Assembly: GCF_009834535.1 (NCBI RefSeq)
Contig: NC_045714.1
Span: forward strand, 15,314,001-15,378,000
Source of the DNA: Camelus ferus
Lineage: Eukaryota
Length of the DNA: 64,000 bases
Direction: 5' to 3'
Below, piece after piece: positions 19,805 to 31,100 of the stretch. The first letter of the stretch is position 1. The number at the start of each line of letters is the position of its first letter. Made by a program: the position numbers and the translations under genes. The notes under the pieces are model-generated. The model was not told where the DNA came from, made no database searches, and was given only the letters and a program-made list of their open reading frames with translations.

Positions 19805-20270
19805 ATGAAAACACATCCACATAAAACCTTGCACAGGAATGTTCATAGGAACACTAATCACAGCAGCCAAAACGTGGAGACAACCTAACTGTCCTTCAGT
19901 TGACGAGTAGGTAAATGCAATAAGGTTTCTCCACACAATGGAATATAATTCAGCCCTTAAAAGGGACAAAGTAGTGATTTATGCTACAACATGGATGAAC
20001 CTTGAAGACATGATGCTCAGTAAGAGAAACCAGACTCAAAAGGGCGCTTACTGTGTGATTCCATTTATGTGGAACGTCCAGAACAGGCAAATCCACAGAG
20101 ACAGAAAGCAGATTAGTGTTTCCCAGGGGCTGGGAGCAAGGAGGATGAGAACGAACAGCTAATGGAGATGAGTTTCTTTTTGGGCGTGATGGAGAAGCGC
20201 TAAAAACTAGTGGGCATAGTTGTGCAACCCTGTGAATATATTAAAACCTGATGAATTGTCCACTTAGAAG
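19805..20270 (+). mobile_element. Old L1M 3'-end fragment
   Basis: cacacaatggaatataattcagcccttaaaaggg...atggatgaaccttgaagacatgatgctcagtaagagaaaccagactcaaaag...gattccatttat, typical L1M ORF2 end and 3'UTR. Confidence 0.85.
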
Positions 20271-20278
20271 TGTATGTA

Positions 20279-20412
20279 CGGGGAGAATGCAGCTCAGTGG
20301 TAGAGTGGGTGCTTGGCATGTACGAGGTCCTGGGTTCAATCCCCAGCACCTCCATGAAAAAGAACAATAAAAAAGTAAATGAATGAATAAACCTAATTAC
20401 CCCGCCCAAAAC
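20279..20412 (+). mobile_element. tRNA-derived SINE (camelid-type) inserted at the end of the L1M fragment
   Basis: gggagaatgcagctcagtggtagag...ggtcctgggttcaatccccagcacctcc...aataaacctaattaccc. Probable TSD gaagt(g/a)tatgta at 20267-20278 and 20413-20424. Confidence 0.88.
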
Positions 20413-23400
20413 GAAGTATATGTAGGGTTTGTAGGATGTGAGCTGAGTGGCTGGACTGTCCAGTGTTTGTCCAGTTGAGTGGACAGTTGGGTCCCTCCTT
20501 ACCCACCCAGCACAGTGTTACTGGGGTCGGTGTATGAGTGCAGCCTTGGTCCTGGTGTGGTGTGTGGCTGGTTGTGTGTGTGGTATTCCTGAGGGTGTCT
20601 GAAGTGATGACTGTGTCTACTAGGGAGAGAGGTAGACCCTACCTGCTTTCAGCAGCCCCTCCCTGACTTCCTCCTCAGGGTGGCTTGCTGGGGAGGGTTC
20701 AACACCTCAGCTCAGGTCACTCCAGGGCCAGGCTGGGTCCTGGGTGTGGGAGCTGGGGCTCATGCCAGGCAGGGCTGCTAGAACTTCCCGCCAGGAGCTA
20801 GGTCGCCTGGGTCTGTTCCTGGCGGGCCTGACTCAGCGGGAGCTGGGGGTGGGGACTTCCCTTCTCTGACCCTAAGGGAAGCAGGTGGGTGGAGCCAGGA
20901 GGGGGAGGGGGGGTAAGGGGACGCCTGACCCAGGGCTGGAACCAGCCAGGCCCTGGGGCCCTTGGTCCTGCCCAAGAGGGCTGTCCAGTCCAGCAGGGGC
21001 AGAGCCAGGTCCCTTGGGGAGCTCCCCAGGCAGGGTGTCCTGGGAGGGACCTATTGAAAACAGCCACCCTCTGTGAGTGTGCGCACGTGTCCTGGCCTGA
21101 TCCTGCTCCTGGATGCCCCTAGCCCCAAATTGGGCCCCCCTGGGGGAAGGGCTTCTGGAGAGCAAGCCACTCTGCCCCTCCCTACTGGGGCGGTGCGGCC
21201 TGTGCCAGCCTGAGGTACCTTGTGGTCCCCATCCCCCAACCTGAGGGTGGGGTGAGGTGCTCAGAATGATGTTAGAAGATTGACCCACGAGAGACAGACA
21301 GCCACGTCTGCCTGTCTGCTGCCTTTCTCTGGGTGTGTCAGTGGGTGTCTCTGGGCTGGGGGCACAGGTGGGTCCAGGCAGGGAGGCCGTTCACATGGCC
21401 TAGGCTGTAGGAGAGGCTGGGCTGGTCCTCCCTTCCCCTGGCCTTGGCCTGGGGTTGGGTGGGTAGGGTGAGGGGATGGGAGGATCCACACCTGGGGCAG
21501 AGGTTCCTAGACTCTGGCTGTGATGGTCCCATCCTGCAGAGGCTGTCCCCACGGCGGTGGGGGGTGGACCCCCAGGATCCAAGGAGTGGGTCACCCAGCC
21601 CCTCACCAGGGGCTGGCCCAGAGTGGGAGTTGGGGGCCCTGAGCTGGGTGTGTGCACTCTTGAGTGCTGGGGGCCTTCATGCTCGAGTCCAGGACTCAGC
21701 ATTGGTGCCTCAGAGCCCCCCATGACGGATGTGGCTGGATGGACCACCCTCATCCCTTTGTGCCTCATTCCTGCCCCCTCCTGTGGACCAGCCCTGTCCT
21801 TGGTGTCTGTGGGCTGTTTCTGTCTTTCCCTCTGCCCACCCAGGACTGCTCTCTCCACCTCCGAATCCATATCCTGCCCTCCTCAGCTTGGTTGTTTCTG
21901 TCCCTGTATGTGTGTCTTACTGTGTCCCTTTGTCTTTGAGGTTTCTGGGTCCTGCTCACAAAGGGATGGGGGATAGGGGCCCAGGTGCCACTCGCCACTC
22001 TCCCACTCCGCCAGCTGAGGTGTGGGGCTTGTGAGTTAACACAGAGCTGATGTCACCTGGTCTCTGAGAGGCAGGACACCTATAGAAACAGCCCCACACC
22101 CAGTTCACCTCTCCACACGCTCAGGCAGCAGGCCCACGTGCGTGGACATCCAGGCTTACGCACAAGCACCTGCACACCCATGTGCACACACACAGCCTCA
22201 GACACACTCGGTGTCACACGGTCACCCTGATGGCTGGGCATGATGAGTCACACGGTCACACTGTCGCCACAACACAGCCATGCTTGGAGCCTCATGTGCT
22301 CACACGTGTCATCAGATTCAGGCTCACTGCGGGCCCAGAGCAGCACACAGCACCTCCGTGTCTCAGTCACCCAAATCCCAGGGGAAAGCACTGCACATCG
22401 GGGGTGTCAGAGGTCAGCTGGACCCCATATGCTATGGGGGGGTGGGAGCCGGGACTGAGGGACACATGACCCCGCCTCTTGGCTGAGAAGACCTGTCGGG
22501 CCCTGAGACATGTGTGAGTGTGCAGAGGGCTCACTCAGGACCCCGTCCCAGGAAAGAAGAATCGCCCAAGATGATTGTTGTGAACTTCCCCTGTGCCCAT
22601 GGGCTCCCTAGTGAGGGGGACCAAGGAGGCACGTGGAAAGAGGGTGTCCAGTCCTGCTGGGGGGGTGGGGCCAAAGGGCAGTGTGATGTGTTTCAGGGTA
22701 GGAAGCTTGAGATGTGAGGCCTGAGCCCCTTGCTCTGGTCAACGACTCTGTGTCTCTGGGCAGAGCCTGGACAGATCACCCTGGGGAGCATCGTGGGTTT
22801 GTCATGGTGCTGCCCTCTCTGGGGACACTAGGTTGAGACTGATGGATGGGGGCCCTAGGATGTCATGTCTACATACAAGGTCAACCCCTCCAGCCTCCTT
22901 GGGAGAGAAGCACTGTCAGGGCAGTAGGGCAGAGGGGCAGTCGCTGGGCTTGAAGGAAGTTCTAAGGAGGAGACGAGGAGAATGAGACCTGGGTAGGGGG
23001 TGAGACAGGAGGGGAATGAGGGCTGGGAGGGTGCGGGGCGGGGGCCCACAATTCCTGCCTCCCACCCACTCTGTCTAGGGTAGAGTCCTGTAAGGATGGA
23101 GCAGTGCGTGGTCCATGCTGGGAGTTGGGCTCTCTGAGGGAGATCTGGAGGGAAGGACACGTACAGGGCCCTTGGGGGGAGTGTTCCTCCCTCCCTGACA
23201 ACCACAGACACGGGAGTTCAGAGGAAAATGTGGCGCTTTATCGTGGCCGCGCCTGGCCCCAGGGGACCCAACTCCCAGCTCTTGCTTTACAGCAAACGTT
23301 ATTTTAAAAGCCCCGCTACATTGGTGCTTTGGATCACTGAAACCTCTTGGGAGAAAAGGTTTAAAAGTTTAATTAAAAATTAAATATATTGTTTTCTGTA

Positions 23401-23678
23401 TATAAAAAAAGTAAAGTAAAAAATACAGCCTGGTTCTGGAAAATACACTGCAAGAAAAGGATGAGGCGCTTCAAAAACTTAACCTGTCCTAGGCCTGGGC
23501 TTCCTGGGAGAGCCCTGGGACAAGTGGGAGCCACCCCTGTGGGCCGCCCTGGGCGGGTGGCCAAGCACCAACCTCGCTGGTTCCCGCGGGCCTGCTACAA
23601 GCAGCGGCGTTAGACACCTGTGAGAGAGACAGAGTGGTGATGCACGGCGACACCAGAGCGCGCCGGGCGGCCGGCGGC

Positions 23679-24972
23679 CTAGCCGGAGATGCACGCGCTG
23701 TAGTAGACGGCAGAGCTGGCGTCGGACAGCGCAGCGATCAGGCTGCTCTCCTCCGGGCAGGACATGGCGCGCGGGCCCAGCTTGGCCAGCGCCACGTGGT
23801 ACGGGAGCCCGGCGGCATCGGGTCGAGTCCGGCTGCAGTTGAGGTACTGGTCGAACTCGGTGAGGTCCACGTCGGCCCACAGGTCGGCGGTGGGACCCAG
23901 CGGCTCGGCGCCCTCCAGCGGCGGGGCCTCGGGCGGCGGGGACAGCGGGCCGGGGTACGGGCTCGGGCCGGGCGCGCCCAGGGCGCCGTAGTAGAGGCCG
24001 GAGAGCGGCGCGGCGGGGGCGGGCGCGGTCCTGAGCGCCTCGGCCAGGGGCGCCCCGTAGCAGCCGCCCGGGTCCCGGGGCAACTCGGCGGTGGCGTAGG
24101 GCGCGCGGAAGGGTCGCAGCGCGCAGTCCTCGGGCACCGCAGGCGGAGGGAAGAAAGCGGCGTCGCCGGGCTCCAGGCCGTCCAGCGGCGAGCGCTCGGG
24201 CGTGGGCAGCCCCAGGCCGTCGAACTCAGCGCCCAACGGGGGCAGCTCGCGGAAGGCACGGGCTGCGCCAGTCGCCACGGGGAAGGGCTCGGGCGGCGGC
24301 GGCGGCGGCGGCGGCGCCAGGCCCGGGAGCAGGAGGCCGGGCTCCGGCCGCCGGGCCTTGCGCGCCTGCTTCTTGCGGCGCGGCCGGTACTTGTAGTTGG
24401 GGTGGTCGCGCAGGTGTTGCACACGCAGCCGTTCCGCCTCCTCCACGAAGGGCCGCTTCTCCACGGTGCTCAGCTCCTTCCACGCCTTGCCTGCGGGCCA
24501 CCGGCGCGGGTCAGCAGGCTGCCGTCGGGCGGGCGGACGGCCGAGCGCAGCGTGTGCCCTGGCCCACCCCCGCGCGAGGTACCCCCGCCCAGCCTGCCCG
24601 CCCGCGCCACTCACCTAGCATCTTGCTGAGCACCGCGTTGTGCAGGTCCGGGTTCTGCTGTGCCAGCCGCTTGCGCTCGTCCTTCGCCCACACCATGAAG
24701 GCGTTCATGGGCCGCCGGATGCGTGACTCGTCAGCCGCCTGGCGCTCCCCGCGGCCGGCCGGGCTGAGGCCATAGCGCCCCGGCTCAGGGCTGCGCGGCG
24801 GGCTGCGCGGCGGGCTGGGCGGCGAAGCGGGCGCGGCGGGCGCGGCGAGGGCGGCGGGGGCGGCGGGGAGGCCGCGCTGCTCAGCGGCGGCCCCGGATCC
24901 CGGGGCCCATGCACAGTCGCGGCGGGCTGGCGGGTCGTCTTGTGCGCCGTAGCCGGGCGGCGATCTCTGCAT
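23679..24972 (-). CDS. SOX18: SRY-box transcription factor 18 (SoxF), 389 aa
   Basis: Exon 1 CDS 24615-24972 (MQRSPPGYG...HNAVLSKML), 124-bp GT-AG intron 24491-24614 inside the HMG box, exon 2 23679-24490. Contains [28 protein letters not shown], the EFDQYL motif and the C-terminus [12 protein letters not shown]. Confidence 0.98.
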
Positions 24973-25080
24973 TCCAGCTGGGCGCGGCTTGGTCGGAATG
25001 GAGCGCGGGAGCGCGGAGAGTGGGCGGCGGTCGGGGCGGCTGTGGCGACGGCGGTGGCCTCGCGCCGGGTGGGCACCCAG

Positions 25081-25140
25081 ATATAGCGGCGCGGGGCCAA
25101 TAGGCGGTGGGGCGGGCGGGCGGGGCGGGGCGGGCCGGGC
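25081..25140 (-). promoter_or_regulatory. SOX18 proximal promoter: TATA-like TATAT, CCAAT box, GC boxes
   Basis: Minus-strand TATAT at 25081-25085, CCAAT at 25097-25101 and repeated GGGCGG at about 25108-25138, roughly 110 nt upstream of the ATG, inside a CpG island (about 23560-25220). Confidence 0.65.
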
Positions 25141-28100
25141 CTAGGCTGCCCCCTCCTCCTGGGGGCTTCCTTTCTTCTCCGCCCGGTAGGATTCCGCTGT
25201 GGCCTCCTAGGCACGGCGACCCCAGCATCCTCCCCAAAGGAGAGACCCCCGAGTGGGAAAGGGCGGCTGATACGGCCTGAAACTTGGAAGGGGGTATGTT
25301 CATGGGGCTGTCAGACTTTCAGAGACGAGCTGCCCCCCACCCAGAGTCAGACCCCCGACCGGTAACTGGGGGAGGCTGCCTCCCCAATAGAGTCTAACTC
25401 CGAGGGCAGGACGCCTTGGGAAAAGTGCCCTGTGTCCTGGGGGAGCTGCCCTGGGGGAGCTGCCCTGGATAACCCCAGGGCGTCATGCTTCTCCATCCTC
25501 CAGCCACACGTGGAACTTGCAGCACTGGGGGCTTCGAGCCCCCGCAGGCCTGTTCATGGGGTTAAAGGGAAAGATGGTCTTGGCATGCCCCCGCCCCTAC
25601 TCCCGAACTGATGGGAACCAGGTGGGCCACAGCTGAGTACCACTGGGAGGGAGAAGGTAGATGCTCTGGACCCATGCCAGAGCCAGAGGGGAGGGATCTA
25701 GAGTGGGTGGAGCCCCAGGTCCCACCCTCCTCCCCAGGGCCGGTTGGGACCAGTAGCAGCTGGGTTCCCCTGTGCAGCGGGGTTAGCGCTGCTGCAAAAG
25801 AGCAGGACTGGACCCCGGGTTCCGGCAGGTGGGGGGAAAGGGGCCATCAGACGTGGGAGGGTGTCCAGAGGAGCTTCCAGCTTCCTTGCAGTTGCCTCCC
25901 CACCAGGAGTCTGGGCTCCAGAAACTGAAGGGTCTCTCCTGGGGCAGTCTCCTTCCCAGTCCCCTCCTGCTGAGGGTGGTTCTGCTAGAGGTGGGACGAG
26001 TGCCCTCAGCAGCCCTGGGGAGGGATCAGTTTTCCCTCCCGCACATCCATTGGTAGCCTGGGAGGAGCCTCACCCCTCAAGTGCTGGGAGCTCCATGGTG
26101 CGTGGCCACGGGTGTCGGTGACCCTGGGTCTGTGTGGCCAGAGGCTCTCAGTACTCTGTCCCTGGTAGTCCCTTAAGGCCACATACAGTCAGTGCTTGTG
26201 AAGGGGGTGAGTCCCCTGTGGATCCTACAGCTCCCCCCTCCCATATCTGCTCCTGAGCTGTCCTGGGGAGAGGCCAGTGCCCCACAGGGGTTCTCACACG
26301 GACGCTGTTGGGTGTGCGCCCTGTCCCCAGGTCAGGTGTTTCACGTAGGGTTGGTCCCAGACTAGTTTCCAGATCTCCCAGGCCTGAGCGCCTAATTCAC
26401 TGATTCAGCCCACGCTGGTGTACTGGGGCAGTCAAAGTGGCTTCTCTTGGGTCTAGAAGGGAAGACTGACTTTTTCTGGGAGGCAGGCAAGAATGGGGGG
26501 CCCTTGGGGACAGGTGTACAGGCCTCTGCCCCGGGGCCAGCTCCCCTTTGACCGCTGTGGGCGGCTGGGTGGGCCGAGCAGCCTGCAGGGATTGTGGGGA
26601 GACATGAGTGAGGAAGACTCATCACCCAAGGGGCGGGTGCTTAGCAGAGGTTACTTCTCCCTGCAGTCTTCTGGGTGTGGCCTGGGGACGCCAGGGACTG
26701 GTTCAGCCTGGGCAGCAGCTAACCTGGGATGAGGATCACTGGGTTTGGGAAGGAGGCCTCCAGGGTCCTCCACTGCTGCCCCCTACCGTGGGATGGAGTT
26801 TTGGTTCCCCTAGGGGCCCCTGACAGCCCAGAGTTGTTCAAGCTGGGAGCCTAGTGGTGGGCAGTGCCCAGAATTACCTAACCCCAGATGGCTCCAGCCC
26901 TCTTGGCTAAGCTGTGGGACTCAAGGGTCTGGCTGTCACGTCCTGTGGGCTGGGGCTGGGGCTGGGCAAGGCAAGGGCGAGCCTCCTGGGGTAACTCCTC
27001 ATCTCTAGGTCAGGTACCCTCCCCTGTGCGCTGTCTGGCAGGGGTGCTAATGGTGGCTCTAGCCCACTGTCCAGACAGGAGAACGACGGGGTGGGAGCTG
27101 CAGTCAGGGTGGCCCTGACCTGGGAACCTCAGGGCCAAGGGTACTCCCCAGGGCTGCAGGAGGGCTGGCGAGGGTGGGGCCGGCTGTGCCTCAGAGGTGT
27201 GTGTCTGCATCTGCGTGTGGTCTGTGTGTATGTATCTGCCTGGGTGTGAGGGTGAGACTGGTCAGAGTCCCACTAGGAGCAGAATGGAGGCTGTGGCTCT
27301 CAATACCCACCATGGGAGGGTTCCCACGATTTCTCTGGCTGCCAAGCTGTGGCCCCCACTTCATCCACAGTGGAGGTGATTCAGAGTCTGGGGTGTTCCT
27401 ATGTCTTCAGGATCACCTCAGGCTGGCCTGGTCCAGGTCTGTTGCCACCCACCCTTGAGGGGGCCCTGTCTGCAGCCCCCATCTCCCTGGACAGAAGGTG
27501 GTATGGAGGGCAAGCTTGCGCTGTGAGTGAGGGCTGGCCTGGGTGGCCAGTGGACACTGCTTTCCTGGCCCTCTGCCTACTGCCTCCCTCAGCCTAGACC
27601 AGACCCCCAGGCTCCAGGCAAAGCCCACAAAGGATGCTGGGAAATCCCTCAGTGACTCTGGGTGGGGGATTGGCTGGGCTCTGGGGGTGGCGGACCTCCC
27701 AGGCGCTGCCCGGGGCATAGACCTCACAGGATCCCACCCACCCAGCCCCGGCTGCTGCCGGAGTAGCTGGGGCTGGGACCAATTACTGAGTCCCACAGGG
27801 CTAGACCCTCCTGCTCCCAGAGGTGGGGGTGGGGTCCAGGTGGAGAGGACTCTCTGGTCTCCTGACACCTCAGCTCTGGAGCCAGGCTGCCCATTTCAGA
27901 CCCTACCTTGTGGTCCTGGAGGCCAGGGCTCCAGGCCTAGCCTGGGTCCTCCTGCTCATCCTTGAGGCTGCGCCAAGGACTGGAGGAGGGTGGGGTGGGC
28001 ATGAGGATTCTGGGGAGGCTGTCCAAAGGCCTAGAACCAAGCCGACACACGTTTGTGCACAGTGCAGGCATGTCTCACAGGGGCAGGCCTGGTGCAGGTG

Positions 28101-31100
28101 GACCCTGGGGCTCGTGCCTGGGGACAGCGGACTTGCCTGGCCCCATGCCTTCCTGCTCTCAGTCCTGGGCGCTGGGCCTGGTGTGCAGAGAGCCGCTGGG
28201 CTTCCCAAGCACCATGGGCCTCACTCCTGGGAAAGAGCAGCTGGGGTAGAGCTGGAGAAAACTGGCACGGTGCCCACACTTGCCAGGCGGTAGCTCTCAA
28301 GAGTGCTGGGATCAGTGCACAATTTGCCCCTTTCCTGTGACCTGGGGGTCCCAGGCAGGGCTGGGTGTCTGTGTGCTCAGTGGTGGTCAGGCTGTTACTG
28401 TGGGCGTCTTGGCTGCATGGAGAGGACAGCGCAGTTGCAAGTATAGGGGTGTCGTGCAAGGGTGGGGTCTGCCTTTTGTGTTTGGCTAGCAGGACCAAGA
28501 ATGGGGCTTCTCTGGGTGGGAGGGCACAGGGCCTGGTGGGTGTGGAGGCCCTGAACGCAGCATGTGTAAGGAGGCCCCCAGTACGGTGGCCGCAGGGCAG
28601 ATGAGCTGTGGACTGTCCAGTTCAGTCACTTGGGTGGGTCTCAGGTGTCACAGAGGCTGTTTCCAAATGCTGAGGATACTGTGCTGGACAAGAGTTGGGG
28701 TGTCCAGCTATGTGAGCCCCGGGGTGTTGGGGCCATGCGTGTCCTCGGGTGTTGCTGCGTCCTGTGTGGGCTCCGCTCGGTGCTCAGCGGGGGCTCCGTG
28801 GGAACGGGGGGGGGGGGCCCTGGCTGCCCTAGGTTTCCACAGCAACAGCAGGGAGGAGCCAGGAAACACCAGCTCCGGAAGGAAGGCCGCAGCTGTGAGG
28901 AGGGAGCCGAGGGCCAGCCTGGCTGAGCAGGCGCCAGACACTCTGTCTGTCTAGTTGTCCGGCCCGGCTGGTCGGCCAGGCCCAGTGCCCCTGCCCCCAC
29001 TCTGCCCCCCAGGCTCTCAGTCTGGGCTCCGGGGCAGCTGCTGGTGAGCCTGTCTTTATTCAGGTACCAGTGCCCGGGCCTGGGTCTGCAGGGGTCCTGG
29101 TCCCGCTGGAGTTGTGCCCTGGTCCCCCTTGGTGGCTCTTGGTGGAGCAGATGTGGCTCTCTGGGTGCCCTGCCTGGGGCCTGTGTTGACACACTTGGGT
29201 ATCCCAGCCCCTACCCTGCCCATGCTACCCTACCCCTCCCTCTCCTGCCAGGCTCTGCTGACAGTCTGCATGTGCCCTGCAAATCCTGGGAAGAAGGAGC
29301 AGAGACCCCTGGGGGGGGGGGGTTGTCACTGGCCCAAAAGGCCCTGGTGGGCACTGCAGTGTAGGGTTTTTTTGCTGGTGCCCTGGCTTTGGTAACAAAT
29401 GGCTTTGATGACCCAAGCAGTTGGGGCTGCCAGATGGGCTGGGAGGCAGGCCTGTGTTCTTGGGGACCATCTACCCCTTCTCGCTTGGGGACAGGAATCA
29501 TCCATCCTTCTGTCCCTCCGTCCACTGGACACTGACCCACCACGGATTGGGCCCCATTCCAGGAGGTAGGGATTTGGCAGTGAGCAGAACAGACCCGAGT
29601 CCCTGCCCCTGCCCGTGGGAGAGAGACAATTAACAAGTCCGCAAACAGGCCAGGATACTGGGTGCCAGGCTGCTGCCAGCTGTGGGGGAGAGGGGCCGTG
29701 TCAGGGTGCTCACTGCCTGTCCTTTCTTGAGGGGCTTGTGGGCCAACCCTGAAGGAAACATGTGAAAGAGATGAGAAGATACACGGGAAGCGTGTTTTTT
29801 TTGCAGGGGGAGCAGCATGGGCAAAGGTCCTGGGGCAGGGAAGTTTGCAGAAGGGAGGGGACGGCTGAGGGGCTATGTGGGGCCTGGGAGGGTCTTGCTT
29901 TCTGACCTGAGGAAGACTCTGACTCGAGTGGGTTTTGAGCAGAGCAGGGTATTCTCTGACTTAGCTCTCTACAGCTTCAGTACAGCTGCTACGTGGGGAC
30001 CCTGTGCAGGCTGTAAGGGTGGACTCACCAACTCCCTGCCAGGAGAGAAGGGCAGGAGTCTGCTCTGGGATTGAGGCCTGGCCAAGGTGACCTCCCAAGG
30101 TCTGGCTCCTCCTTGGTGATCCGCCTCTCCCAGGAGTTTTCTTTGTCTCCCTCCGGAGGTCAGGGCCGGTGTGCCTGGACCCCTGGGGAGGCACTGCCTT
30201 AGGGACCCCTGTGAGTCAGATCGCCTGCTTTCACCGAAGCCCCTGGCCCTGCTGTCGCCTGGGGGGGGCCCCTGGGGAGGGGGAGGGGAGGGTGGAGTGG
30301 CCGCCAGGCTGGCGGGCTGGCAGGGCAGGGAGGGCGGTGTTTCTGGGAATTGTGCAGGGGGAAGCGCATTGTTAGAGCTGCTGCTGGCCTCAGGGGGACA
30401 GGCCGCCTGCCTCCCGCCCCCAAGCGCTGCCTCTAGGGGAGGGAGCTGGGCCTGGGCCAAGGCTGTAGGCTGGGCTGGGGACTTTCCGAGAGGCTGCCCT
30501 GGGCGGGCCATTCTCCCCATTCTGCAGGCTGGGAGACTGAGGCCCAGAGAGAGGGCTGCTGTGCTGGCACATGGGACAGGGACTCTTGCTGGATCTAGTC
30601 CCCGGGGTCACTGCCCTGCCTGACCTCAGTGGCTGGGATCTGAGAGAGGCCTCAGTGGGGTTGGCTGGGGCCAGAACCCCACAGAGCCTCTGTGGTGGGG
30701 ACCTGCAACCTCAGGGTGGGCTGGAGGGTCTGATGAAACGGGGTGCAGAAACAGCTGGGGGCCTGGGTTGGGGGACAGCTGTCCACGGGGTGGCAGGGGC
30801 TGGGTAGGGGTTTCCAGGGCTGCAAGAGCTCCCTGCCCCTGGGGCCAGGGGAAGAGGGGGTGGGGGCTCCATGTGAGTTTGGCAGCACTGGCCTTCCCAC
30901 TGAGCCCCTTGCCTCAACCAGAAGGGAAGCATGGGTCCGACCTGCTGGGGTCACGGCTGGCTTTGGGCAGGTGAGCAGTCGGGGACACAAACAGAAAAAT
31001 AAATGGCCTGACCTTCCGACATTTCCACGGACTGAGGACTGGGGAGGTGCTCGCCTCTGGGCTAAAGGTGCAGCCAATCCCATGTGTGACGGACCCCGAG

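Noticed and set aside
20279-20355. tRNA-like sequences with A/B boxes (also at 3425 and 6440-6515)
   Set aside because: They carry SINE bodies, A-rich tails and a TSD, and lack a complete cloverleaf. They are SINEs, not tRNA genes.
23634-24629. 331-aa plus-strand ORF over SOX18
   Set aside because: Antisense shadow of extremely GC-rich SOX18 codons, with low-complexity Gly/Arg/Ala content.
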